From assembly GCF_006345805.1 (NCBI RefSeq), contig NC_042997.1, positions 60,264,001-60,328,000 of the forward strand: a stretch of 64,000 nt of DNA, written 5' to 3'. Both the position numbers and the translations under genes were made by a program. Every line of letters begins with the position of its first letter. Positions within the stretch are counted from its first letter, which is position 1. A model generated the notes under the pieces. It did not search any database. It saw nothing but the letters and a program-made list of their open reading frames with translations, and had not been told where the DNA came from. Source of the stretch: Octopus sinensis. Its lineage: Eukaryota. Shown piece after piece: positions 33,668 through 45,641 of this stretch.

Positions 33668-35934
33668 TAATTCTTTATTGGCCACTAGGACCGACATAGA
33701 GGGACAAAACAGGACAGACAAAACATGGGGGTCAAAATAACGTATGGATGATGAAAGGGTGGAAATGATGAAAAGGGAGTGATGGACCGGGGACCCCACA
33801 AACTACACATCCTCACTGATGTTTTAGAATTACTGGTACTTACGTTCAAGTCATCTCACTAACACATGTAACAAGGCGTACACTCTTCATTCACAAATCA
33901 GGACACACAAAATGGATTAGAGCAACGTATGATTAGATAACATATAACTTGATGAAAAAGGAATGTCATATTGTCTTGATCTTCTTTTAGAATTACTAGT
34001 ATTCACATTCAATCATCTCACACATGTAGCAAGGCATACACTCTTCATTCGCAATACAGACCAGACAAAATACGTCGAATCAAAATATGATTAAATGAAG
34101 TCTAACAATTGATGAAAAAGAACACTGCATTGCCTTTTGAGTTCGCTGGTTTTCGGGTTTGGCGGCGCTAATTACGAAGTAACACGTGACTTTCTACATG
34201 TATGTTTAGCTATGGTGGTTTATTTTCCCCCGGTGTTGTTGGCGGTGATATCTCTAGTGTGAATGGCTTTGTTTTGGAAAAATGAATTGGGTGATTGTTT
34301 TGTGTATGTATGGTATGAGAGCGGGGTTTTGGTTGTTTTCGTTCTTCATGGCTTTTTTGTTTGGGGTAACTGAGTAAGATGTTTGTGGTTTGTGTGTGTA
34401 TGTTGTGGATGCGGGTTTTCGGTTGTCTTTAGTGGTCTTTTTTGAGAGTTCGAGGGGCACACCTTTCATTTTACGTCTCTTTTTGACCAATGTCCATCCG
34501 TCGTCGCTCTCCTCGAACATGGTTGGTGGTGGTTCCTTTGTGATGACCTTCTTTGTGTTCTTCACTTCCTTCTGCGGCACCTTTGATGTACGCTGCATTA
34601 TTGTGGTGTTGGTCGACTTTTTTTCTTTCGGGTTGTCAGTCTGTGGTGAGTTAGTAGGTTGTTCTGTTGTGGTGCTGCTTGACTTTCTCCTGTCATCCTT
34701 CGGGTCGACAGTTTGTGGTGGGTTGATGTGTTGTTTCTCCATGGTGCTGGTTAGCTCCCCCTTGCTTTCTTTCGGGTCGTCAGAATGTGGTGGATTGCTC
34801 GGTGGAGGGGGTCATTCTGGTTGTAGGACCTGTGGGCACGTGATTTTAAGTGGCCCTTTTGCCCACACTTAAAGCACTTTGGACTTCTTCCCTCCACCAT
34901 GGCTCTTAATATGGTTTCATCCGGTAGTATTACTTGCTCTGGTATTTCTTCCAAGTCCCTCTGGGTGACCTGGATTATTAGCTCCAGACCTTAGCCCCCT
35001 CAGTCCTGCTCGTGTAGCCTGGTGGCCTGAATAATAGTGGCCCTATCGTCCGGGTTCCGCAGTACGGTTGCCACAAGCCACACCACGTCGATTTCCGGTG
35101 AGACCTCCCCTAGTTTTATTTTCGATGTACGTCGACCGATGTACGTGGGTAGCAGCACCAACTCGTTTGCCTTCAAAGACACTGTGGAGTGTTATTTTGC
35201 TTCTTCTTCAGAAGCGAACCTTACTTCCACAGTACCGTGATTTTTTCCCTTGCTACAAAAGTTGTTTTGCCCCATATGGGCTGTAGATCTTTTACGATGC
35301 TTTCTTTTGGCATGTCTTCTATTGTTTGTTTTTTGTTTTTTTTGTTTTGGGTGACAGTTTTAAAAATTATAGTTTTCCGTATTGTCTGTTGCATTATCTC
35401 ACTGGGAAGCGTTAGGTTTATATTTGTGCCATCACTCTGTTGCAGGCATTTGACTTTTTTAAGTTCTCCATGTCCAGGTTTATAGTCTCTTGGTTAATTT
35501 CGGCTGCAGACGCAAAACTGCACCTTTCATTTCTTGTAGCTTTTGGTTGTAAGTCACTGTTTTGGCTGGGGTAGAATTCGAACTATTTGTAGTTTGTTTT
35601 GTATCAACTAAGTTTTTCTGCTGTCTCTCTTCATGAGTGAGAGGCGGGAAAGCTTCATCGTACACTTCTGGTAAGTGGGTGTTATTTTCCATTAGTTTGA
35701 ATTCCATACTAACTTCGGCGAGTTGCTCATTGAAGCAAGTTTGTCTGTCCATCAGATCAATTGTGGATAGGTCATGTCCAATGGGCAAACCTACAAGTCT
35801 CCGCGAAACGTCAACCGCTAAGCGTGGTTGAATTAAAGGAACAGTAAAAAAAAACACAAGAATTGCATACGGTTCAAGCAGATAACACAGTGACACAGCG
35901 AGCAAAAGATACACACGTCCGTTTGGCGGAAATT
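33668..35934 (-). mobile_element. L1/Tx1-like element copy 3: 5' end, ORF1 and 3' tail with AATAAA; no ORF2 detected (HAL1-like)
   Basis: GTVEVRFASEEEAK...LLPTYIGRRTSKIKLGEV...MVEGRSPKCFKCGQKGHLKS. The 16-nt 5' motif (aatttccgccaaacgg) is identical to copy 2. AATAAA at 33679-33674. Confidence 0.75.
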
Positions 35935-36002
35935 GTCGAACTCGAATAGTCGTCTAACGGCGAGAGAGTCCATCATGTACATATATATATGATGAACTCT
36001 AC

Positions 36003-36075
36003 GGGCATATGGCGTAGTGCTTAAGAGCGCGGGCTACTAACCCCAAATTCCGAGTACAAGTCCAGGTAGTGACCT
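36003..36075 (+). mobile_element. tRNA-like SINE head followed by (AAT)n/(GAT)n
   Basis: A-box tggcgtagtgc, anticodon-like arm ggg-ctactaa-ccc, degenerate B-box gagtacaagtcc. Not a functional tRNA. Confidence 0.6.
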
Positions 36076-36115
36076 GAATAATAATAATAATATAATAATA
36101 ATAATAATAATAATA

Positions 36116-36168
<53 letters not shown>

Positions 36169-36180
36169 AATAATAATAAT
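36076..36180. repeat. (AAT)n(GAT)n(AAT)n microsatellite upstream of the R4/Dong element
   Basis: Trinucleotide runs. Confidence 0.95.
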
Positions 36181-39100
36181 AAGAGAACACCGGGGAACGT
36201 TTAAGATGTAAGAAGGAAAATTCAGAGCTCCGAAATCTATCCACAAACATCGAAAACAAGGACATCCTATGGAGCCAAAGTTTTACTAACAAAGAATTGG
36301 ACTGTACCCGAGTAAGTAATACTAATTGAAATTTATTACTATTTTCGAAACGAAATGATGTATTTTGACTCGATATCATCTCTGCCTCTAATGCAACACA
36401 TGTAAACATGCGTGGAACATCACGATCATCTCCGACCCCAAACACCATGTACAAAGGAACTACGAAGAAATTAAATGCCACCGATACTATTCAACCCAAG
36501 AATAACAATCGAGCGGTACGTACATTAAACTTACAAGAAAAAATGTACGAAAAACTACACGTGCGAAATAATGTGACAACAGAAATAAACGGACCGGTAC
36601 CTACGAAAATGACGACCGTCAAAATAATGGGCCGGACGTTGTACTTCATGTCCCGCAAATAAAACCCAAAAGACGTAAATGGACACGTGAGGAATACATT
36701 TCTATCTTACACGCATACTTCACAGCAGTACTCTACCAAAAAATGAAAATACAACACATACATATAAAATATGGAAGGAAAATAATAGAAGATATAGACT
36801 TGGATACAGCAATGAACCCTAATAAATTAGCTAACGTACGAAGATACATTCTCAACACAAAAAATATCAGAAATAGAAATAGAACACCTAAAAAAACAAC
36901 TACACCAGGAAAATGTAGATAGAAGCCACACAACAATGCCCAATAATATAAACACTGAAACTGTAAAACACGAAGACAAACGCAACATTCCCAACAAACA
37001 CGATGTAAACAACGAAGGGGAGCCTAATGATTATGATAATATAAAAATAAAATAATCAAAGAACTGAAAACCACAGAGCTCAAAATGGACCACCGACCAT
37101 ACCTCCCAAGAATCAAAATAAACAAATAACAACAACTATTATAACAGCATAAACCTAGCCGTCACTGAACTGATAGCCACTGAATCAAAAAAAAGTGATA
37201 TCACTGAGCTAAATAACCTAATATACGCAGCAGCCACTGCAGCCACAAAAGAAGCTGGATACTCACCCAACCCGCCCAAACAGGAGTACCACCACCAAAC
37301 AAACCTGTGGAAAATAACATCCAAAGCAAATAAAAAAATTAGAAAAGACCTGTCGATTCTTAATAAAATCAGCAAACAATCAACGCTACTGAGCAACAAA
37401 AAGAGAACAAAAATACTCCGCAAATATAACATCACAGAGAAAGATTTGCCTGAAAAAAAGAAAAGCTGAAGCAAGATATCCTTGCCAAAGCACAAAGGAT
37501 CCGCCGGTACAAGAAACGCCAACGCTTCTTTGAAGAAAACAAAAAGTTCAACTCTAACCCCAAAAAGTTCTACCAAGAACTGGGAAAAAATAAAATAGAA
37601 GTCACTGCAGCACCAACGGCAGAAGAATAGGAAGAATTCTGGGGAGAAATATGGTCGGCGAACGAACCACCAAAAAAAAGGAGTATCAGAATAACAAACT
37701 CGGCATCTGAACAACTTTGGACCCCCATAACAACTGAAGAGGTCACCCAGGCACTGCAAAGAGTCTAAGCAACTGGAAGGCACCTGGGCATGACAAGATC
37801 CCAACTTCTGGTTGAAATATCTAACAGGAATGCACAAAAAGCTGGCTGAAAACTTTAACAAAGTACTAGCAGAGCCAGAGACAATGCCTGAATGGCTCAC
37901 GAAGGGGAAAACCATCTTAATTCCAAATCAAATGAAACAGAAAAACCAGAAAACTACAGACCAATAACCTGCCTCCCTACTATGTTCAAGGCATTTACTG
38001 CAGTGATATCACAAAGGCTGAACAAGCACCTGGACGAACACAAACTGTTCCCAGAAGAGCAGAAAGGATGCCGCAAAGGCTCATATGGCTGTAAAGATCA
38101 ACTAATGATTAATAAAGCCATAACTGAAGACAGCCACAGAAAGAAGAAAGGCCTCAGTATGGCCTGGATTGACTACAAAAAGGCGTTTGATAGCATCCCC
38201 CACACATGGATCCTCGAAACACTAGCCATTAACAAAGTAGCACCAACAATCATAAAATTCATAGAGCACTCTATGAATAAATGGCAAACAGTCCTACACA
38301 CTCCAAACAAAAGAGGGACTCATGAAAACCAAAGACATCCCCATTAGAAGAGGAATATTCCAGGGAGACACGCTCTCTCCACTCCTTTTCTGCTTGGCAC
38401 TGTCACCTCTATCTGATATGCTAAATAGAACTGGATGCGGATATAAATGTTACGGCAAAACGATCAGCCACCTTTATATATGGATGACCTAAAACTATAC
38501 GCTGCAAATGACAAACAGCTGGAAACACTATTAAAGACAGTTCATGGATTTACCAAAGAAATAGATATGAAATTTGGATTAGAAAAATGCGCCAAAGTAA
38601 CCATGAAAAGAGGAAAACTAGTTAAGAGTAACAATATCACACTAGATAAAACCAATGAAATAAAAGAATTAGACCAAAGCCAAACTTACAAATACTTAGG
38701 AATCCATGAACTAGATAAGACACACACACAAAATGAAAGAGAAAATAAAAAAAGAATATTATAGACGAGTTAGATCAATACTAAAAACAGAGCTCAATGC
38801 TAAAAACAAGATAATAGGTATCAACACTTTAGCTGTCCCAGTTATAAGTTACAGCTACAATATCCTTAACTGGACACGAAATGAACTGACCAAAATAGAT
38901 AGGAAAACAAGAAAAATAATGACAGGATCTAGGATGCATCACCCAAAATCTGACATAGAAAGACTATATATACAACGTATAGAAGGTGGTAGAGGCCTTA
39001 TACAGCTGGAAAACTACTATAAAATAACCACCATAGGACTGCAAAAATATCTACTTCAGAAGGAAGGAAAACTGATCCAGATAGCGGCAAAACACGAGCA

Positions 39101-40147
39101 AAACAAAAAACTGTTCTCAGTATTTAAGGAAGCTGACAAATACAAACAAGAAATCATACCACTTAATAAACATGAAGAAGAAGAAGAAGAAGATGAAGAA
39201 ACAACAAAAGCTATAAAACAAATGAAATCCAAACTAAAAATAGAACAGCAACGAACCATGATGAAACGATGGCAAGAAAAGCCCCTTCATAGTAAATACT
39301 GGACTAAACTAAACGCAAAAGAAATAGACAAAGAAAAATCCCAGCAATGGTTGAGAAGCTCAGGACTCAAAGCAGAAACAGAGGGATTTTTAATTGCAGC
39401 ACAAGACCAAAGCCTCCCCACCAGAAATTACCAAAAACATGTAATGAAAAGAAATATTACAAGTAACTGCAGAATATGTGGAGATGGACAAAAAACAATA
39501 AATCATATTATCTCTAGCTGCCCAGTCTTGGCTAAGAAGGAATATATTCACAGACATGACAGAGTTGGAACCTACATACATTGGAAGCTATGCCAACATT
39601 ATGGAATAACAACAGAAAAAAGATGGTATAGGCACACACCAGAAAAGGTCACAGAAAACGAGAAAGCAACCATACTCTGGGATATGCCGATACACACAGA
39701 TAGAGAAATTAAGGCCAACAGACCAGATATAGTTGTCAGAGATCATGAAGAAAAAAATGCTTTCTAATTGATGTATCAATACCGGCTGATAAAAGAAATG
39801 GAGAAACTCTCAAAATACAAAGACCTGGAAATAGAGGTAACTAGAATGTGGAATCTGAAAACAGAAACAATTCCTATCATAGTAGGTGCATTAGGCATGA
39901 TAAAAAAATATTCAGACAAATACATAACAAAAACACCAGGACAAATACATAACAAAAACACATATAACATACAGAAAATTGCACTACTAGGCACTGCACA
40001 CATCCTACGCAGAACACTTTCCATACAATAACCATCAGAGCATCACAACAAATCACAGCACATACCCAAGTCACACAGAGCTGTGCTCGGTAGTGAAGTG
40101 AAAGCACGCTATAAAAATAAAACTACTGAATAATAATAATAATAATA
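36181..40147 (+). mobile_element. Near-full-length R4/Dong-clade non-LTR retrotransposon (Myb-like, RT, CCHC, RLE), frameshifted; ends in (AAT)n
   Basis: RRKWTREEY Myb-like motif (about 36670); ENYRPITCL, EEQKG, WIDYKKAFDS, RGIFQGDTLSPLLF, YMDDLKL, YKYLG; CRICGDG..TINHIISSC; RPDIVV...KLSKYKDL. Confidence 0.92.
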
Positions 40148-41778
40148 AATGTGCAAAAGCTACCTTTATCAAAGGAAAAATGACAGAAACATCTAACGTT
40201 AACCTTGACCAGCAGAATGTCATAAAAGAATTAGACCCAGCGGAGAACTACAAGTATCTAGGGGTAATTGAAGGAGACGGAATAAAGCATTCAGGGATGA
40301 AGGAAAGGATCAGGAGAGAATGTTATCGCAAAGTAAGAGCAATACTCAAGACAGAGCTGAATGCGAGAAACAGGATCGAAGCGATCAATGCATTAGCCAT
40401 ACCAGTCGTGACTTACGGTTTCAATATCGTTAACTGGTCAATTACTGAAATATGTAATCTTGACAGAAAAATACGAAAACTGTTGACAATGCATAGAATG
40501 CACCACCCTAAGGCAGATACAGAACGACTTTATCTGCCAAGAAAAGAGGGAGGCCGTGGACTTTTACAACTGGCAATAACAATGAAGATTGCTACAATTG
40601 GCCTAGACACCTATCTAATAAACTCTGAGGACTGAATGTTAAAACTTGTCTCAAAACATGAAAACAAGAAAGCATCATACTCAGTAACAAAACAGGCAAA
40701 GGAATATCTAAGTGAATTCCGAATACAACAAATTTCAGAATTAGAGATAGACATACAAGAAACAGACACAGAAAAAGCTAAGCGCATGAAAACCCGTGCT
40801 AAATCTGCGGCCTTAGATATTCGGAATTATAAATAGCAAGAAAAACCTCTCTATGGCAAATACCCAAAGAGAGCGAATAATGCAGATGTTGACAAAGCCC
40901 TGACTCATCAATGGCTAATGGCCTCTGGCTTAAAATCTGAACCAGAAGGGTTTATCATAGCAGCTCAAGATCAATGCCTACCAACAAGAAACTACCAGGC
41001 CAACATATTAAAGATCGGCAGTAGCCCAACATGTCGTGTTTGTCAGCAACAAAATGAAACCATTGATCATGTGGTGTCCAAGTGCAGTCTTCTAGCGCCT
41101 ACAGAGTATCTCAACAGGCATGATAGAGCTGCACAATATATTCACTGGGTAATCTGCAAAAACCTGGATTTGCCCCATGAAAAAAACTGGTGGGAACACA
41201 AACCATCCCCAGTGCTTGAAAATGACCACATCTCACTCCTCTGGAACTTCACCATTCAAACTGACAGAAAGATAGATGCAAATAGGCCAGACGTCATATT
41301 GAAAGACTTCAAACAAAGAACATGCCTCCTCATTGATATGACTGTCCCAATCGATATAAACGTATCTGTCAAGACCTACCAAAAACTGAGCAAATATAAA
41401 GATCTTGAAATAGAAATCAGCAAAATGTGGAACCTGAAGACTAAAACAATACCTGTTGTCATAGGTGCCCTGGGAATGATAGCAAAAGGGGCTGATTGCT
41501 ACCTAACTCAGATACCAGGAAACCCAAAAATGGCAGAAATTCAAAAGATAGTGCTCATGGGAACTGCTCATATCCTACGCAAAATACTTTCTATGTAATC
41601 TCAAGGTTTAAAACACACATATTTTTTTTTACACATCCACTAGTACAACACAAAAAACAACCAAATATATGGCACACTAGGCATAACAACAACGTGAACT
41701 TCCAACCTGTTGTCTCTTGAGGTCTCTGGGTGAGACTTGGAGCCAACTTGTACAAATATAAAGCAAAAGTCAAACATA

Positions 41779-41814
<36 letters not shown>

Positions 41815-41824
41815 CAACAACAAC
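40148..41824 (+). mobile_element. Second, 5'-truncated R4/Dong-clade element (different subfamily) ending in (AAT)n(AAC)n
   Basis: ENYKYLGV, HHPKADTERLYLPRKEGGRGL, CRVCQQQNETIDHVVSKC, RPDVILKD..LIDMTVP..KLSKYKDL; 3' UTR to 41780. Confidence 0.9.
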
Positions 41825-41995
41825 ATCGAAAAATACCTTAGGAATGAGAACCCAGGTACGAAATTTCCCCAAGACACCTGATGAAGGCTGGAGGATGTAT
41901 CAACCGAAACGTGTTAACAACAACAAGATGAGGACAAATATCCGTCAAATGTAAATAATGTACATAATTCCTCATCTCTTAAATATAGAACTGTG
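41825..41995 (+). mobile_element. Short repeat tail carrying a Penelope-type hammerhead core (degenerate in this copy)
   Basis: acac-CTGATGA-a-ggctg(gaggatgtat)caacc-GAAA-c-gtgt (41874-41914); stem III and NUH are not complete here. Confidence 0.5.
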
Positions 41996-42448
41996 TGGTA
42001 CTCGACTTTTCATAGTTTTATATCTGTATAGACTATATATTATAGGTTGTTTGCACCAACTGTAAAAAAAATAAACCACATACTACCTATAAGGACTACA
42101 CGCATCAATTATCGCATTACGGTCCTTAAAGGTAGGTAAAAGTCCGATCCTTCTAGTGGTAACCATATTTACAATTTTGATTTCGTAAATGTTCTGTTGC
42201 TGCTCCAGTTAATAAATAAGGACGGACAACTTTATACCCCTATGTACAAAAGGCCGGCTTCATCTTAATCACGCTTCGTTTACCTATATGTAGAAGCTGC
42301 TACCTCCCTGGCTACTTAGAACACTTTGATCTCACCACAAGGCCTATTTCCATATTGAGAATAAAAACGTGCTCATTAAAACTACAACCGTAGCTTTGAT
42401 TCCATACACATACACTCGCACACACGTACACGCACGCACGCGCACACA

Positions 42449-42491
<43 letters not shown>

Positions 42492-42778
42492 TTGTTTATT
42501 CTGTTTTCCTATATTGGTGGTGACACATTTCATTTTAGCAAACGGCTGACTGTATGTATATGCTTTTGATAAAGCTTAAAGAAGCAGAAATGCGCATCTA
42601 AACATTCTCCCCAGCCGCTGCTTGAACAATGTTTGTCTGTCTTCGATATATATTGTGTTTTTAGACGTAGCACGTCCATAAAAGGTATTATCACCGCTGT
42701 AAATTTGCTTTTCGTAATGTATTTACATTGTATATGATACACAGAAGGTCATTTTAATCTAATACTACTTCTGTTGCA

Positions 42779-43785
42779 TTCAAGGGTTGACTGAAAAGTT
42801 TGTAGGATGATTGTTTAAAGAAGACTTTAAAAAAAACTAGAAGCAGCCTCTCTTGAGAACCGACAAAATTTGGCATCGTGGTTTTATCAAGTTCTTTCAG
42901 AAAAAGGATTTAGCCCCCAAGGACATTCATATTGACATAGTTGCTACATTAGAGGAGGACGCTCCAGCTTTATCAGCAGTGCAAAAGTGGGCTGCTGAAT
43001 TTAGAGGTGGGTGGAATGGACTGTCTTGAAGCTGACCCAAAGTCTGGGCGTCCTACAACTGCCACCACTGAGGAAAACATTGATCGAGTTCACGGCATGG
43101 TGATGGTTGACAAGCGGTTGACTATAAAGCACATAGCTAATTCTATTAGAATATCTCTAACATGACAAAGGTTTCAGCTTGGTGGTTGCCACGTCATCTG
43201 ACACCTGATCAAAAGCGCATCAGACGGATCATATCACGGAAAAATCTGACATAGTTGAGGCAGATCCTGCCGGTTTCCTTGAACGTTTCCTAAGCCAGGA
43301 TGAGTATTAGCTTCATCACTTTGAGTCAGATATAAAGAGACAAACCATGCAATGGAAACACTTCTCACCTTCTCCAAAGAAAGCCAAGATCTGTTTTGGT
43401 GGGATACAAAAGACATTATACTTATTGACAATCTCGAAAGCAGCCATACCATCTTGTTGAGGCAGTTACGAAAGGCTTTCAAGACCAAGAAAACTGACGA
43501 AAGTGGTCTTGTTTAATCAGGACATGTTCCAGCTCACAAGTCCTTGGTTTCAATAGCTACTGTGTATGACTTAGGCTTTCACCACGTTGAAACCCCTCCC
43601 TGTTTTCTTGATGATTTTTTAACCAGGAGAATGAAAACTTCTTTACCGGTGGGATCCAAGCACTGCAACACCAATGGAAGAAGTGTGTGGACAGCAACGA
43701 AGACTATGTTGAAAAATAAACCTCATTTGATCACATTCCATGAGAATATCTAGTCAGTGTGTGAACTTTTCAGCCGCCCCTCGTA
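42779..43785 (+). mobile_element. mariner-family transposon relic with both TIRs
   Basis: Left ttcaagggttgactgaaaagtt versus right aacttttcagccgcccctcgTA (17/22). Decayed transposase: VQKWAAEF, DPKSGRPTT, RWLPRHLT, QDEY*LHHFE. Confidence 0.8.
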
Positions 43786-43815
43786 TGACGGATACACATA
43801 CACACACACACATAT

Positions 43816-43894
<79 letters not shown>

Positions 43895-43997
43895 GCACAC
43901 TCATCTATCTTCTCCGCCTACCATTCCTGAAAGGGCCGTGGGGGTGAATTCCTCAGACACCTCATATATATATATATGAGTGTGCATGTATGTGTGT

Positions 43998-44049
<52 letters not shown>

Positions 44050-44224
44050 TATCTCGATTCGACAGTGAAAACAAACACGTCATAGCTCCAGGTACCTCCA
44101 TTTTGCAGGATTTTTGAAATATCATGAAGTAATGAAACTGCTTAAGTAAATGTAAATAAATCTTGTTTTAAGTCCCCAAGTGCATTTTCGGCATTTCTTT
44201 ATACTTCTATTAGTTTGAAAGAAA

Positions 44225-44557
<333 letters not shown>

Positions 44558-44721
44558 TGTAATAATGAAATCAAACCAAACTGATTTTGAAATCATTTTA
44601 CACGTACATTTCAGGTCTGCGTAATAAATGATAGCAAATGCATCTATTACATAAGACCTCCCTCAGTTAAAACATTTTTGTTTCATTTACCCAATTCCAC
44701 TTCCAAAATATTATTCTACAC

Positions 44722-45641
44722 CAAAGGTTCTCAACGTGGGCGGCACCGCCTCCAAGAGGGTGCCAGTCATGTTGAAGTGGTGCGGAGTAGTGGTGTAACA
44801 TAATTAACGTACTAAATTTTACATATAATAGTAATTATATTATACACGATAAAACTAGTAATGGATATTAAAGCGTTTATATGATCTCTATGACACTGTT
44901 CTAAAATTTATCAGGAAATTATAATTCAACAAAGAAAGACTATCGAGAAGAGATATTTTAGTTTCCAAGCCTGCACATAATAGAAAATAATGGTAGCAAT
45001 TTGATATAGATTGCTATTCCTCTCATTTGCAGACAGTGAAAACAGATTTAATGATAAGCTTTAAAGATTTTACTGATCTTAAAGTAACTGATTGGGTCAT
45101 AAATCCATTTCTTTCTGGTGTCTCTTCTACTCAACCAAGTTTTTACGAAGAGTTATAGACCTAAAAATGATTTCGGAGCTCAAGTATATTTTCAGCAGCT
45201 TGGTTATGAGTCATTCTGGCCCAAAATGAGAAGCAACTATTCTAATCTTTGGCAAGAAACTAAATTACTGTTCCTTGCTTTTCTTACTTTCTATTTAGTA
45301 GAGAAATGATTCGGTGCGATGTCGCAATTGTTGATTAAGCATCAAAATAAATTTGCAATAAGTCAGAGGTTATTCATGACTACTTTTGACTCACATTGAA
45401 CCTAAAATAGAAAATTTAGATTTCATCAGGCACAGGAAAGTCAGTAACTTACAATGTATAAAGTAAATTTACAACTTATTATTTTGTTATCACTGTTAAA
45501 AATTTATATAATCCATTTTTGACTAAAAATTATAAATTATTATCCTTGTTAAGTTAGTTTAGTCGTGATACCTCACTCACCACATAGGTGGGCACAAGGC
45601 ATAACGAAGGTGCGCTACATAAAATAGGTTAAGAACCACTT
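44722..45641 (+). mobile_element. hAT (Charlie/Buster-like) internally deleted element with C-terminal dimerisation-domain remnant
   Basis: TIRs caaaggttctcaac / ggttaagaaccactt; 8-bp TSD ttctacac/atctacac (7/8). WVINPF...ESFWPKMRSNYSNLW...FLTFYLVEK*FG. Confidence 0.8.

Noticed and set aside
33238-34138. CRISPR-like or regularly spaced repeat arrays (also 6150-6530, 49215-49555)
   Set aside because: Only 2-3 long diverged units with no unique spacers and no cas genes; eukaryotic context.
36003-36075. Functional tRNA gene
   Set aside because: Degenerate B-box, no acceptor-stem pairing, and it runs into (AAT)n; SINE-like head only.
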